Shown: positions 18,715 through 29,368 of the stretch, one piece after another
Position numbering within the stretch: the stretch's first letter is position 1
Layout of the letters: the number at the start of each line of letters is the position of its first letter
Source: Candidatus Latescibacterota bacterium
GTDB lineage: Bacteria; Latescibacterota; UBA2968; GCA-2709665
Assembly: GCA_965222075.1 (NCBI GenBank)
Contig: OZ244937.1
Span: 4,608,001-4,672,000, forward strand
DNA: 64,000 nucleotides
Direction: 5' to 3'
Notes under the pieces: generated by a model
Told to the model about the DNA's origin: nothing
What the model saw: the letters and a program-made list of their open reading frames with translations, nothing else
The model's database searches: none
Translations under genes and position numbers: made by a program

Positions 18715-19857
18715 ATGGCCAAAGTGGATGCTGCGAGAACGTTCCTGACCACGCAAATCAAGGCGCGGGCACATGAACTCGGGTTCGACCCGGTAGGCGT
18801 GGCTCCGGCAGAGCCCCCCGAACACTGGGCGTTTTACCTGGACTGGGTGGAGCGGGGGTACGCCGGAGAAATGGGGTATCTGGGCCGAAATCTGGAGAGG
18901 CGAGCCGATCCGCGAACCGTGGTGCCAGGCGCGAAATCGGTGCTGTGTGTGGGAATGAACTACGAGCCCAGGGAGGTCCCGCCGCCTGTTGATGACAGAC
19001 CCCGGGGGAGGGTTTCCCGGTACGCCCGGGGAGACGATTATCACGATGTGATGGTGGGAAGGCTCACCCGTCTGCTGGAGGAGATCCAGGCGCTGGCGCC
19101 TTCTGCTGCGGGGCGAGTCTACGTGGATACGGGGCCGGTGCTGGAGCGGGATTTCGCCGCGCGGGCAGGGATTGGGTGGTTTGGAAAGCACACCAATCTG
19201 ATTCACAAGGAGAAAGGATCCTGGTTTTTCTTAGGAGAGATTATTCTCACCCTGGACTTAGACTGCGATGCCCCGGTGATGGACCATTGCGGAACCTGCA
19301 CCCTGTGTATGGAGGCCTGCCCGACGGATGCGATCCCAGAACCATATGTGCTGGATTCAACGCGGTGTATTTCGTATCTTACCATCGAATTAAGAGGGGC
19401 CATTCCCAGGGAGCACCGGGTGGAGGTGGGGGACTGGATCTTCGGGTGTGATATCTGCCAGGAAGTCTGTCCGTGGAACCAGAAACAGGCCCGCCCGACG
19501 GACGAACCGGAGTTTCAGGCCCGGGAGGGTCTGGCATCGCCCGATCTGGCGGAGGTGTTGGGGCTGGATCAGGCCGCCTTCAGCCGACAGTTTAAGGGCA
19601 GCCCCATCAAGCGGGCGAAGCGCCGGGGCCTGCTGCGGAATGCTGCCGTAGCGCTGGGGAACACAGGGGGGGTGAAGGATGTTCGGGTGCTGGCAAAGTC
19701 GCTGCGCGATCCGGAGCCCTTGGTGAGGGGGCATGCGGCGTGGGCGCTGGGACAGATCGGGGGCCGTGAGGCGAAGAGGGTCCTGCAGGAGATGCTGCTG
19801 CAAGAACCCGATGATGAGGTCTGCAGGGAGATTCAGGTGGCGCTAGAGACGCTTTGA
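18715..19857 (+). CDS. queG: Epoxyqueuosine reductase
   Basis: SRYARGDDYH, VDTGPVLER, CGTCTLCMEACPT, CISYLTIE, GCDICQEVCPWN and a HEAT-repeat tail. Confidence 0.96.
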   Translation: MAKVDAARTFLTTQIKARAHELGFDPVGVAPAEPPEHWAFYLDWVERGYAGEMGYLGRNLERRADPRTVVPGAKSVLCVGMNYEPREVPPPVDDRPRGRVSRYARGDDYHDVMVGRLTRLLEEIQALAPSAAGRVYVDTGPVLERDFAARAGIGWFGKHTNLIHKEKGSWFFLGEIILTLDLDCDAPVMDHCGTCTLCMEACPTDAIPEPYVLDSTRCISYLTIELRGAIPREHRVEVGDWIFGCDICQEVCPWNQKQARPTDEPEFQAREGLASPDLAEVLGLDQAAFSRQFKGSPIKRAKRRGLLRNAAVALGNTGGVKDVRVLAKSLRDPEPLVRGHAAWALGQIGGREAKRVLQEMLLQEPDDEVCREIQVALETL

Positions 19858-19906
19858 AGAAGGTGTGCGGACAGGCACTGAGGGAAGACAACCAGAGGGA
19901 TATATT

Positions 19907-21304
19907 GTGGCTGAGGTCGAACTTTTAGAGATTGAACAGAGAGACCGGTGCGTTCCTGAGACGGCCGCCGAACAGGCCGTGGGCCGGCAGGTTTTTGTTG
20001 AGACGTATGGCTGCCAGATGAATCTATCGGATTCTGAGTTGATGATGGGGGCGCTGCAGCAGTCGGGATACCGACCCGCCCCCCGGCTTGAAGACGCCGA
20101 TGTGGTGCTTCTGAATACCTGTGCCATACGGGAACACGCACAGGAACGGGTGGTGGGCCGGCTGGCCCAGTTGAGTCGGCTTAAGATCAAACGGCCCGAT
20201 CTGGTCTTGGGGGTCTGCGGTTGTATGGCCAAACACCTTGCGAAAAACCTCTTAGACCGTGCGCCCTATGTGGACTTAGTGGCCGGGCCCGATTCCTACC
20301 GGCGCCTGTCGGAGCTGATCGCAGAGGTTTCCGGAGAACCGGCGCTGGACGTGAGGCTGGACCGGGACGAGGATTATCTGGGACTGGATCCGGTGCGGAA
20401 GGGGGGGACAAACGCCTGGGTGACGATTATGCGGGGGTGCGACAAGTTCTGTACCTTCTGTATTGTCCCCTACGTGCGCGGTCGGGAGCGGGGCGTGGCG
20501 GCGGCGGAGGTCGTGCGGCAGGTGGAGGGTGCGGCGGCGGAGGGATTTCAGGAGGTGACGCTGCTGGGCCAGACGGTGAATTCGTACTCCGACGCGCGGC
20601 ACGATTTTGCCGATCTGCTGCGGATGGTCGCCCGCGTGGACGGGATCCGGCGCATCCGGTTCACTTCGCCCCATCCGAGCGATTTTTCGGAGAAGGTCAT
20701 TGAGGCGATGGCGGCGGAGGAGAAGGTCTGCCGGTTTATCCACCTGCCGGTGCAGTCGGGGTCGGATGCGGTGCTGAAGGCGATGAAGCGGACCTATACG
20801 GTACGCGAATACCTGGACTTGGTGGACCGGCTGAGGGACGCGATGCCGGGGGTGTGCCTTTCGACGGATGTGATCGTGGGATTCCCGGGGGAAACGGAGG
20901 CGGATTTTGAGGCTACGCTCGCGTTGATGCGAACGGTGCGCTACGATTCGGCGTTTATGTTCAAGTATTCCCCCCGGAAGGGGACGGTGGCCTATCGGGA
21001 AATGCCGGATACGGTGTCCGAAACGGAGAAGGGGCGCCGGCTGGAAGCGGTGATCGCCTTACAGAACCGGATTTCCGAGGAGGTCAACCGGACCTACATC
21101 GGGCAGACACTGGAGGTGCTGGTGGAAGGGGATGCTCGGAAGGGCGCCGGGCAGGCTGCGGGGAAATCTGACGGGTTTAAGACCGTGGTGTTCCCCCGGA
21201 AAGGGGTTCGGGACAATACGTTTGTGGATGTGAAAATTACCGGCTCGACATCGCGTACGCTGGTGGGGGTTCTCACAGATGCGTCCACCGGGGAATGTCC
21301 ATGA
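19907..21304 (+). CDS. miaB: tRNA-2-methylthio-N6-dimethylallyladenosine synthase
   Basis: [39 protein letters not shown] and a TRAM domain. Confidence 0.96.
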   Translation: MAEVELLEIEQRDRCVPETAAEQAVGRQVFVETYGCQMNLSDSELMMGALQQSGYRPAPRLEDADVVLLNTCAIREHAQERVVGRLAQLSRLKIKRPDLVLGVCGCMAKHLAKNLLDRAPYVDLVAGPDSYRRLSELIAEVSGEPALDVRLDRDEDYLGLDPVRKGGTNAWVTIMRGCDKFCTFCIVPYVRGRERGVAAAEVVRQVEGAAAEGFQEVTLLGQTVNSYSDARHDFADLLRMVARVDGIRRIRFTSPHPSDFSEKVIEAMAAEEKVCRFIHLPVQSGSDAVLKAMKRTYTVREYLDLVDRLRDAMPGVCLSTDVIVGFPGETEADFEATLALMRTVRYDSAFMFKYSPRKGTVAYREMPDTVSETEKGRRLEAVIALQNRISEEVNRTYIGQTLEVLVEGDARKGAGQAAGKSDGFKTVVFPRKGVRDNTFVDVKITGSTSRTLVGVLTDASTGECP

Positions 21305-22194
21305 TGTTTGAGATCGAAAACCAGAATCCGAAGCCCGGCCGTCGGCTACCGGACTGGTTTCGGGTGCCTGCGCCCGGGAACAAAGGCTACCGGAAACTGA
21401 AGCGGATGGTGGAGGATCTGGACCTGCACACGGTCTGCGAGAGCGCGCTGTGCCCCAATATCGGGGAGTGCTGGGGGGCAGGTACGGCCACGTTTATGAT
21501 TTTGGGGAATATCTGCACGCGAAGCTGCGGGTTTTGTGCGATTCAGACCGGGCGTCCCCAGGGCCTGGACCTGGAGGAGCCGGGGCGGGTAGCCGAGGCC
21601 GTGCAGTACCTGGGCCTCCAGCATGCGGTGGTGACGTCGGTCAACCGGGACGAACTCCCTGATGGGGGGGCTGCGATTTTTGCGGAGACCATCCGGGAGA
21701 TCCACCGGCTCTGTCCAGAGACGAGCGTGGAGGTGCTGGTTCCCGACTTTCAGGGCAACTGGGAGGCCCTGGGGGTGGTGATGGCGGCGGGGCCGGAAAC
21801 CCTGAACCACAACCTGGAGACGGTGCCGAGGCTCTACCGAATGATGCGTCCCCAGGCCAAGTACGCGCAGTCTCTGGAGCTGTTGCGGAGGACCAAGGAG
21901 ATGCGGCCCGATATTCTGACCAAGTCCGGCATTATGGTCGGCGCTGGGGAGACGCTGGAGGAGTTGCATCAGACGATCCGGGATATCGCTGTTCAGGGGA
22001 CAAATATTCTGACGGTGGGACAGTACCTCCAGCCCTCTCCCAGACATGTGCCTATTATGCGATTTTACCATCCGGATGAGTTTGTGGAATTGAAGCGGTT
22101 TGCCTGCGGTTTGGGGTTTCGGCACGTGGAATCGGGGCCTCTTGTGCGGAGTTCCTACCATGCGGCGGAGCAGGTCGAGAGGATTGAAGATTGA
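21295..22194 (+). CDS. lipA: Lipoyl synthase
   Basis: [27 protein letters not shown] and RSSYHA. Confidence 0.97.
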   Translation: MSMMFEIENQNPKPGRRLPDWFRVPAPGNKGYRKLKRMVEDLDLHTVCESALCPNIGECWGAGTATFMILGNICTRSCGFCAIQTGRPQGLDLEEPGRVAEAVQYLGLQHAVVTSVNRDELPDGGAAIFAETIREIHRLCPETSVEVLVPDFQGNWEALGVVMAAGPETLNHNLETVPRLYRMMRPQAKYAQSLELLRRTKEMRPDILTKSGIMVGAGETLEELHQTIRDIAVQGTNILTVGQYLQPSPRHVPIMRFYHPDEFVELKRFACGLGFRHVESGPLVRSSYHAAEQVERIED

Positions 22195-22254
22195 ATATTG
22201 CCAAGATTGCATATTGAAAAACCCTCAATTGTCAATTACAGGGGAAGGTGGACC

Positions 22255-22620
22255 GTGTTTGGCCTGAAGGGATGGAGAGAAAAAAAGGAGGTTGAAGATA
22301 AACGGGTCGAGGATGGGTTCGTCCGCGTGGCATCGGTTGCGGAGGTGCCTCCAGGCATGGGGAAGGTGGTGGTGATGAGGGGACGGGAGGTTGCCCTGTT
22401 TAATACGGCCGGCCGGTTTCATGCCATCGACAATATCTGTCCGCACAGTTATCGTCCCATCGGCACACTGGGGTTCGACGGGAAGCTGGTGACCTGCCTC
22501 TGGCACGGTTTGACATTCAACGTAGAGACCGGTGAGTGTCCCGAAGCGCCCCATTATCGGGTGCAGCATTACCGGGTGTGGGTGGAAGACGAAGATATTT
22601 TTCTGGTGCCGCCGGAGTAA
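22255..22620 (+). CDS. Rieske [2Fe-2S] ferredoxin
   Basis: CPH...CLWHG Rieske ligands. Start uncertain (ORF open from 22198). Confidence 0.85.
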   Translation: MFGLKGWREKKEVEDKRVEDGFVRVASVAEVPPGMGKVVVMRGREVALFNTAGRFHAIDNICPHSYRPIGTLGFDGKLVTCLWHGLTFNVETGECPEAPHYRVQHYRVWVEDEDIFLVPPE

Positions 22621-22655
22621 ACGGACAGATTCACCGGTGGGCCTGAGCTTTTATG

Positions 22656-22684
22656 TTGACTTCAATTCGCAACTTGAATAAATT
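22656..22684 (+). promoter_or_regulatory. Putative sigma70-type promoter
   Basis: TTGACT, 17 bp, TAAATT upstream of the GWxTD gene. Confidence 0.5.
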
Positions 22685-22833
22685 GCCCTCAATATAGAGG
22701 ATCGGATGGCGTAGTTCAGCATGTGGAAAGCAAGGCGTTTCGCTGTGATGATGGAGACTGGAACTGTCTCAGGGGTGAAGACAACCAACGACTGCCTTCT
22801 CAATGCCGGTGGTTTCAGACCTGGAGGGTGAAA

Positions 22834-24234
22834 ATGAAAACCGATCACGTTGTTTGGGGGGGTGTTCTCCTGGTTATCATCGGGTGGTTGGGAGGGAGTC
22901 CGGCCGTTTACGGCCAGGGTAGTCAGGCCGTATCCCAGGCTCCAGCCGGGTATAGGGACATGCCTATGGTGAGCAGCGGGGGGCTTCAATTTTTTGTTGA
23001 TACGGCCGGCTTCCGGGGGCCGAAAGGCTATACGCGAGAGGAGGTCTATATCCTGATTGATGCCAAACAGCTCCAGTTTATTCCTGAAAAAAACTACCAA
23101 ATCGCGCAAATAGACCTGACGGTTACGTTGGCCGATTCGAGCGGTCGAACCGTTGAAAAAGAGACGTGGACCCGCAACGTTTCGGTTCGGGGTCTAAAGG
23201 ATATCCAGGGGGCGTTTGTGCCCTTCAGGGATGTTGCCCGGTTTGACCTTCCGCCGGGCGAGTATCGAATGGTGTGCACGATCGAGGATTTATATGGGGA
23301 CAAGCAGGGAACGTGTGAAGGCGTATTGAAGGTTCCTGATTTTGAGGGGGAATCGCTGGTGGCCAGCGATATTCTGTTCGCAACAAAGCTGGAACAGACC
23401 GACAGTGAGGGACGGTTTGTCAAGTATGGATGGAATGTGGTGCCCAATACAACCCGTCGCTATTTTGCCGGCAACCCCCTGCGGTTCTATTTTGAGATTT
23501 ATAACCTTGCAATCCATTCCGACAGACCGGGCAACTCCTTTGTTCTGGGTTACAGTTTAAGGGATTCCTCAGGAACACCTCTCAGAACGTATCCCACCAA
23601 GCGGGTGATCAAATCCGGAAAGAGTATTGTGAAGATGGATACGCTGGATACCGAGGGGCTGGAGGGGGGACCCTACTATTTTCAAGTGGATGCCTTCGAC
23701 CGGAGCAGCCGGGAACACATCCGCAAGCATCGGATGGTTTTTATGGCGGCTCAACAACGGCCGCAGGAGCTGACTCAGGAGCAGAAGGATCAGCTCCGGT
23801 TCTATAAGGATGTCCGCTATATTGCTTCGAAGAACGAGCTTGATACCTATAAGAAACTGGAAACTCAGGAAGATAGTCTACGGTTTGTAAGGGTGTTCTG
23901 GAAGAAGCTGGACCCGACGCCGGAGACCCCGTTCAACGAGCGGGCGGCTGAACACATGCAGCGGATGCGCTACACGGAGAACAATTTTTCAGGAGGGCAT
24001 AAAAAGCGGGGATCGGATACGGACAAGGGGCGGATCTATATCAAATATGGACCACCCGACGATATTGAGCGCAATATCGGCGTTGGGCAGAAGCCGTACG
24101 AGGTCTGGTACTATGAGCGGCAGGGTCGTTGGGAGTTTATCTTCCGGGATCGCCGGGGGGTGGGCACTTACGTCCTGGTACACTCCACGTATCCCGGAGA
24201 GATTTACAATCCGGGCTGGCAGGATGAGTTGTAA
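22834..24234 (+). CDS. GWxTD domain-containing exported protein
   Basis: Signal peptide; C-terminal FWKKLDPTPETPFNE, GSDTDKGRIYIKYGPPD and YEVWYY. Confidence 0.85.
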   Translation: MKTDHVVWGGVLLVIIGWLGGSPAVYGQGSQAVSQAPAGYRDMPMVSSGGLQFFVDTAGFRGPKGYTREEVYILIDAKQLQFIPEKNYQIAQIDLTVTLADSSGRTVEKETWTRNVSVRGLKDIQGAFVPFRDVARFDLPPGEYRMVCTIEDLYGDKQGTCEGVLKVPDFEGESLVASDILFATKLEQTDSEGRFVKYGWNVVPNTTRRYFAGNPLRFYFEIYNLAIHSDRPGNSFVLGYSLRDSSGTPLRTYPTKRVIKSGKSIVKMDTLDTEGLEGGPYYFQVDAFDRSSREHIRKHRMVFMAAQQRPQELTQEQKDQLRFYKDVRYIASKNELDTYKKLETQEDSLRFVRVFWKKLDPTPETPFNERAAEHMQRMRYTENNFSGGHKKRGSDTDKGRIYIKYGPPDDIERNIGVGQKPYEVWYYERQGRWEFIFRDRRGVGTYVLVHSTYPGEIYNPGWQDEL

Positions 24235-24357
24235 GACAGGGGCAGGGATCGGGGGTCAGGTCCCCCGCCCTTCCTATCCGAAAGATTCAAACCGTCGAAG
24301 TGAATGTCTTATTGGGTATGAGCGTTACGCGCTATCATTCGAGGTATAAAGAGGATT

Positions 24358-27300
24358 ATGGCAGATCCGCGATTTCTTCAGGGTGAAGGGACGGGAATTT
24401 TTACTGGCAATGAACTGATTGTCAAGGGCGGTCTGGAGCATTGTATGGGGCTCTTGACCGGGTATCCGGGGTCTCCAGTGGCAGAGGTGTTCGATGCGGC
24501 CGAACGTACCCGGGATCTGATGGTTGACAAGGGTATTATGGTTCAGATTGCCAACAACGAGGCCTTAAGCGCCGCCCGGTTGAACGGCTCCCAGATGGAA
24601 TCGATTCGGGCGATGGCGGTGATGAAGAGTGTAGGGGTGCATGTGGCCTCCGACGGTCTGGCCCTTGGAAATATGGCGGGGACGGCGCCTGGAGGGGCGG
24701 TGGTGGCTGTTTTTGGAGACGATACCTGGTCTGAGGGAACGCAGGTGCCGGCGGATTCCCGGTTTATTGCCAAGCACCTCTACATGCCGGTTGTAGAACC
24801 GAGTACCTTCCAGGAGATCAAGGACTGGATCGGGATTGCGTTTGAGCTTTCGGAAAAGACCCGGCTGTATATCGCCTATCTTGTGACGTCCAACCAGGTT
24901 GATGGCGGGGGGACGGTGACGGTGCAGCCCAACCGTTACCCCGAGCTTACGGTCAACACGCCGGTGACGATCGACAGCCGGTCGATTCCGGTGGACGACC
25001 GGGTGATCATTCCGCCCACCACGGCGGCGAAAGAGGAAGAAGTCCTGTACAAGCGGTTCCCGGAGTTGCTTGAACACGCCCGGGACTACGGTTTGAATAA
25101 AATTCTCTACCCGCCGGCGTCCGGAAAAAAACAAATCGGGTTTGTGACCAGCAGCCTGGCCTACTGTTATTTAGAGCATGTTCTGACCCTGGTGGGGCTG
25201 GAGGAGACGATTCCGATTCTCAAGTTCGGCGTGACTCATCCGGTAGACCGGGAGATTCTGCGGACGTTTGTAGGGCAGGTGGACGAGATTTACGTGGTGG
25301 AGGAGAAACGGGGGTTCTTAGAAGAGCAGGTAACGGTCGCCCTACAGGACTTTTACCAGGATGGGGAGATCGGGCCGTTCCGGATCTGGGGCAAGCGGTT
25401 TCCGAATATGTGGCCGGGGTTTCCGGCGAGCAAGGGGATGAACCCTTCTATTATGCTGCGTATTCTGGCGCCTTTGCTCAAATCGCTGGATGATCCCACC
25501 GTGCCGGTAGATCGAGAACGGATCGACCGGGAGGTGGCGCTTATTGAGGCGACGGAAGGCTACGATTTGAGGGCCGCGGCTCGAACGCCTTCGTTCTGTC
25601 CGGGCTGCCCGCACCGGGATTCGGCCAGCGTGCTGAACCGGATGATCGACAATTTTAACAGTGCAGATTACATGCAGGAGCACCACAAGACAGCTCCTGT
25701 GGATCTGGTGTTTCACGGGGATATCGGATGTTATTCCCTTTTGAAGTACAAACCGTTCGACCGGTTGATGCACAATCTGTCCGGGATGGGGCTGGGTGGA
25801 GGCACCGGGGCTGGGATTGACCCCTTTATCACCAATAAGCAGGTGGTATTTATGGGGGATTCGACCTTTTTTCACAGCGGGATGGTGGCCATTTCGGACT
25901 CGATCAAACATAACCAGGATATTACCTATGTGATTTTAGACAACAAGACGACGGCGATGACCGGACACCAGCCGACGCCGGGGGTGGATATCGATATTAT
26001 GGGGCGGCCGACGTTTGCCCAGAATATTGAACAAATTGTCCGCGGGATGGCCGCTACGGAGGGAAAGGAGCGGGTCTTTGTTGTCCAGATGAACCCGGCA
26101 GAGCGTGAAGACTATCGGAAGACGCTGGAAGCGGTCCTGTTGAAGGGTGGCGTGAAGGTTGTTATCGCGGATAAGGAATGCGGGATTACCTATCACCGCC
26201 GGATGAAGGTTGAACAGCGCCAAATTGTCAAGGAGAAAGGATTTCTTCCGAAAGAGGATCATATCAATATTACCCCCGAGGTGTGCGAGTATTGTTTGGA
26301 GTGCACAAGGGCGACCGGCTGCAGCGGGCTGGCGGTGGAAGAGACGCTCCACGGCCCGAAGATCGCCACGGACCTTTCGCTATGCGTGGCGGACGGCGCC
26401 TGCACCAAGGTGACGGTTGCCAATGACGATAAGACCTGTCCGTCGTTTGAGAAGGTGAGTATTATCCGCACGCGGCCATTGGAAACACAAACGGAGACGA
26501 TTGACCTGTCGGATCTGCCCGAACCCGAAGTCCAGGATTTCGATTCGACATGGTATGCTTATATCGCCGGGGTTGGCGGCATGGGCATCAATACGATTTC
26601 TGCGATTCTCTCGGTCGCCGGAGCAAAACAGGGGTATACGGTCCGGTTTACCAATAAGAAGGGGCTGGCCATCCGGAACGGGGCGGTTTATTCGCATGTG
26701 AGTTTTACAAAAGGCGATCGGGTGATTTCACAGTTGATCCCGTATGGACACGCCGATCTTCTTCTGGGGCTGGATATCTTAGAGGCGGTGCGCGGGCTGG
26801 ATCCCCAGGGGTACGGACGGGTTGCCAGCCCGGAACATACGACCGCCGTGGTGGAGACCGGGAAGCGGCACACGATTCAGACCCTGACCGGGGAAGACGA
26901 TTTTGACCCGGCGGAACTGGTGGCGCAGCTTAAGAAGTATACCAGGCCGGAGACGTATTTCGGGATGGATCTGGGCGAGATTTCCGAGCGGTTTTTGGGA
27001 AACAAGATTTACGCCAACAGCATTCTGCTGGGCGTGGCCTACCAGCGAGGCGCGCTTCCGCTGGACCTTGGTCATATCCACTGGGCGATGAAGCAGAATA
27101 TCGGGAAGGACCTGGAACCGAATCTGAAGGCTTTTGATCTTGGACGAAAGATCGCGCTTTCTCCAGGGGTTGTTGAGAAGCAGAAAGAGGAGGTGACCTA
27201 CAAAAGTCTATCGGAGGACAAGGCCGGTATCTTAGAACGGTCCAGGGGCAAGAAGGTAAGCGAGGCCTATCGGGAGATTGCGACACGGGTGGAGGAGATG

Positions 27301-27969
27301 GATCTGGACGAGGAAGCGAAGGTGCAGTTTGCGCTTGGGGTTTACGATTTGATTCAGTGGGGTGGGGTGGATTACGCGCGTTCCTACGGCGAACGGGTAC
27401 AGAGGGTTTACGAGCTGGACAGTGCGGACTATGGTTGTGAGGCCACCGGAGAGGTCATCCGGTATCTGGCCAGGGTGATGGCCTATAAAGATGAGATCTA
27501 TGTGGCGCACCTGCTGACGAGTGAGGAGAAGCGCCGCCGGGATTACGAACGCTACATGATCGATCCAAAACGAGGGGACCGGATTTCTTATATTCATTTG
27601 ACCCGTCCGCATTTCAAGCCTTTCGGGATTGATTTTATGTTCGATCTGAAGTCCCGGGACTGGATGCTGAAGGTGATGAGGCGGATGGTGGTTTTGAGAA
27701 AGCTGTTCCCCGCCTGGCACAGGGAAGAGAAGGAGTACAGGGACTGGTATACCGACCTTGTGGACCGCTTCGACTACGACTGTGAAGAGAGATACCGGGC
27801 CTACGTGCGTGTTTTTCAGCTGCCGGAGGAGGTTCGGGGGTACCGGGAGGTGATCTGGCCCAAGATGCGGGCTGCCTACCAGATGGCGGAATTCCTGCTG
27901 GATGGGGAGGGGGAACCGCCTGCGATTGATACCTACCTGTCGATCGAGCCGGTTGCCGAGCAGGCATGA
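24358..27969 (+). CDS. Indolepyruvate:ferredoxin oxidoreductase family, fused alpha/beta polypeptide
   Basis: TGYPGSP, FCPGCPH, GDIGCY, GDSTFFHSG, N..TAMTGHQ, GVGGMGI, MAYKDE and a C-terminal VRGY. Confidence 0.9.
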   Translation: MADPRFLQGEGTGIFTGNELIVKGGLEHCMGLLTGYPGSPVAEVFDAAERTRDLMVDKGIMVQIANNEALSAARLNGSQMESIRAMAVMKSVGVHVASDGLALGNMAGTAPGGAVVAVFGDDTWSEGTQVPADSRFIAKHLYMPVVEPSTFQEIKDWIGIAFELSEKTRLYIAYLVTSNQVDGGGTVTVQPNRYPELTVNTPVTIDSRSIPVDDRVIIPPTTAAKEEEVLYKRFPELLEHARDYGLNKILYPPASGKKQIGFVTSSLAYCYLEHVLTLVGLEETIPILKFGVTHPVDREILRTFVGQVDEIYVVEEKRGFLEEQVTVALQDFYQDGEIGPFRIWGKRFPNMWPGFPASKGMNPSIMLRILAPLLKSLDDPTVPVDRERIDREVALIEATEGYDLRAAARTPSFCPGCPHRDSASVLNRMIDNFNSADYMQEHHKTAPVDLVFHGDIGCYSLLKYKPFDRLMHNLSGMGLGGGTGAGIDPFITNKQVVFMGDSTFFHSGMVAISDSIKHNQDITYVILDNKTTAMTGHQPTPGVDIDIMGRPTFAQNIEQIVRGMAATEGKERVFVVQMNPAEREDYRKTLEAVLLKGGVKVVIADKECGITYHRRMKVEQRQIVKEKGFLPKEDHINITPEVCEYCLECTRATGCSGLAVEETLHGPKIATDLSLCVADGACTKVTVANDDKTCPSFEKVSIIRTRPLETQTETIDLSDLPEPEVQDFDSTWYAYIAGVGGMGINTISAILSVAGAKQGYTVRFTNKKGLAIRNGAVYSHVSFTKGDRVISQLIPYGHADLLLGLDILEAVRGLDPQGYGRVASPEHTTAVVETGKRHTIQTLTGEDDFDPAELVAQLKKYTRPETYFGMDLGEISERFLGNKIYANSILLGVAYQRGALPLDLGHIHWAMKQNIGKDLEPNLKAFDLGRKIALSPGVVEKQKEEVTYKSLSEDKAGILERSRGKKVSEAYREIATRVEEMDLDEEAKVQFALGVYDLIQWGGVDYARSYGERVQRVYELDSADYGCEATGEVIRYLARVMAYKDEIYVAHLLTSEEKRRRDYERYMIDPKRGDRISYIHLTRPHFKPFGIDFMFDLKSRDWMLKVMRRMVVLRKLFPAWHREEKEYRDWYTDLVDRFDYDCEERYRAYVRVFQLPEEVRGYREVIWPKMRAAYQMAEFLLDGEGEPPAIDTYLSIEPVAEQA

Positions 27970-28040
27970 GAATACAGCGATCGATGATCGGTGGGTCGTT
28001 TATGCGGGGTTTTGCCTCGCATTTTTTATTTGGAGGGCAT

Positions 28041-29084
28041 ATGCTCAAGGTCGGCGTGGTGGGGCTCAGGCGCGGCAGGGGGCTGTTTCGGGTGTTTCAC
28101 AACCACCGGAATACGCAGGTGACCGCGGTATGTGATCTGGCGGTGGGCCGGGCCGAGGAGGTGGCCGCGGAATTCGAAATTCCGGAGGTTTATTCGGATT
28201 TTGAGGCGTTTCTGAGATCCGGGCTGGATGTGGTGGTGGTGGCCACGCCGGCGCCCCTGCACGCGGACCAGTCGGTTCGGGCGATGGAGGCGGGTGCCCA
28301 TGTGCTCAGCGAGGTGCCGGCGGCGTGGAGCCTGGAGGGGTGCGTGAGGATCGTGGAAACCGCCGAATGGACGGGGCGTGTTTATATGATGGCCGAGAAT
28401 ATGAATTTTTACCATTATATTCAGGAGTGGAAGGGCAGGGTGCAGGCAGGAGAGATCGGAGAGGTTTTCTATGCCGAGGCGGAATATATCCACGACTGTC
28501 GGAAGCTTATGCGGGATGCGCAGGGGGGCCTGACCTGGCGGGCGGGGATGCCTCCGATTTATTACTGCACACACAGCCTGGGGCCGGTGCTGGATATTCT
28601 GGAGGACCGGTGTATCTGGGCCGTGGGGATGGCGACGGGCACCCATACCGAGCCGGACCTGGGTTCGATTGATATGGAGGTAGGGCTGTTTCGAACGGCC
28701 AAGGGGCGGGTGATCAAGATTCTGTGCGGGTTTACGGTGACCCGGAAGCCGGCATTACACTGGCAGGTTTTTTACGGGACGGAGGGGACACTGGAGAACC
28801 GCAGGACGCCGTGGGAGGAGGCGAAGGTATACCGGGCCGGGGATGAGAAGATGGGACCGGTCCGGGCGGAGGCTTCAGATCCGGACGCCCCGCCAGAGGC
28901 GACTGCCGGGGGGCACGGGACTTCGGAGTACTACATGGTGGACGGGTTCATCCGGGCGGTGCTGGGAGGCACGCCGCCGATCGATGTGTATCGCTCGATG
29001 GATTACTCTGCGCCGGGGCTTTGCGCGCATCTGTCCGCCCAGCGGGGCGGAGAACCGGTCGAGGTTCCCGATTTCCGATCGTGA
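28041..29084 (+). CDS. Gfo/Idh/MocA family oxidoreductase
   Basis: KVGVVG, VATP..H, HVLSEVPA, YCTHSLGP and GGHG; GGAGG before ATG. Confidence 0.88.
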   Translation: MLKVGVVGLRRGRGLFRVFHNHRNTQVTAVCDLAVGRAEEVAAEFEIPEVYSDFEAFLRSGLDVVVVATPAPLHADQSVRAMEAGAHVLSEVPAAWSLEGCVRIVETAEWTGRVYMMAENMNFYHYIQEWKGRVQAGEIGEVFYAEAEYIHDCRKLMRDAQGGLTWRAGMPPIYYCTHSLGPVLDILEDRCIWAVGMATGTHTEPDLGSIDMEVGLFRTAKGRVIKILCGFTVTRKPALHWQVFYGTEGTLENRRTPWEEAKVYRAGDEKMGPVRAEASDPDAPPEATAGGHGTSEYYMVDGFIRAVLGGTPPIDVYRSMDYSAPGLCAHLSAQRGGEPVEVPDFRS

Positions 29085-29120
29085 GGAGGCTAAGCGATTC
29101 GGCATCACTCCTGTCCTGCC

Positions 29121-29160
29121 AGACGTCGGCTTCCGACCCATCGGACTGGCGTCTTTTTTT
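29121..29160 (+). terminator. Putative intrinsic terminator
   Basis: AGACGTCGG..TCCGA / TCGGA..CTGGCGTCT stem followed by a T run. Confidence 0.6.
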
Positions 29161-29174
29161 GTCTGGATTTCTGC

Positions 29175-29203
29175 TTGACCCCCCGTTTTAAATGCATTAC
29201 CTT
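29175..29203 (+). promoter_or_regulatory. Putative sigma70-type promoter
   Basis: TTGACC, 17 bp, TACCTT upstream of the HPR-like gene. Confidence 0.45.
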
Positions 29204-29368
29204 CCTGGAGGGGCGTGAAGGTCTGCTGTGAGATTTTCTTGAATCCCGTCACCCGTTGATTATATTCGCCGTTTTGAAACGCAGAGTGGTCGTATACAAT
29301 CGCACGGTCTCTGGACAGATTTCAGGAGATATCGTGTCGGCATATATTCTCAAAAAGGAGGGACTACA

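Noticed and set aside
29204-29368. Possible glycine riboswitch in the leader of the HPR-like gene
   Set aside because: CTCTGGA and TCAGG fragments occur, but the conserved aptamer core is not recognisable.
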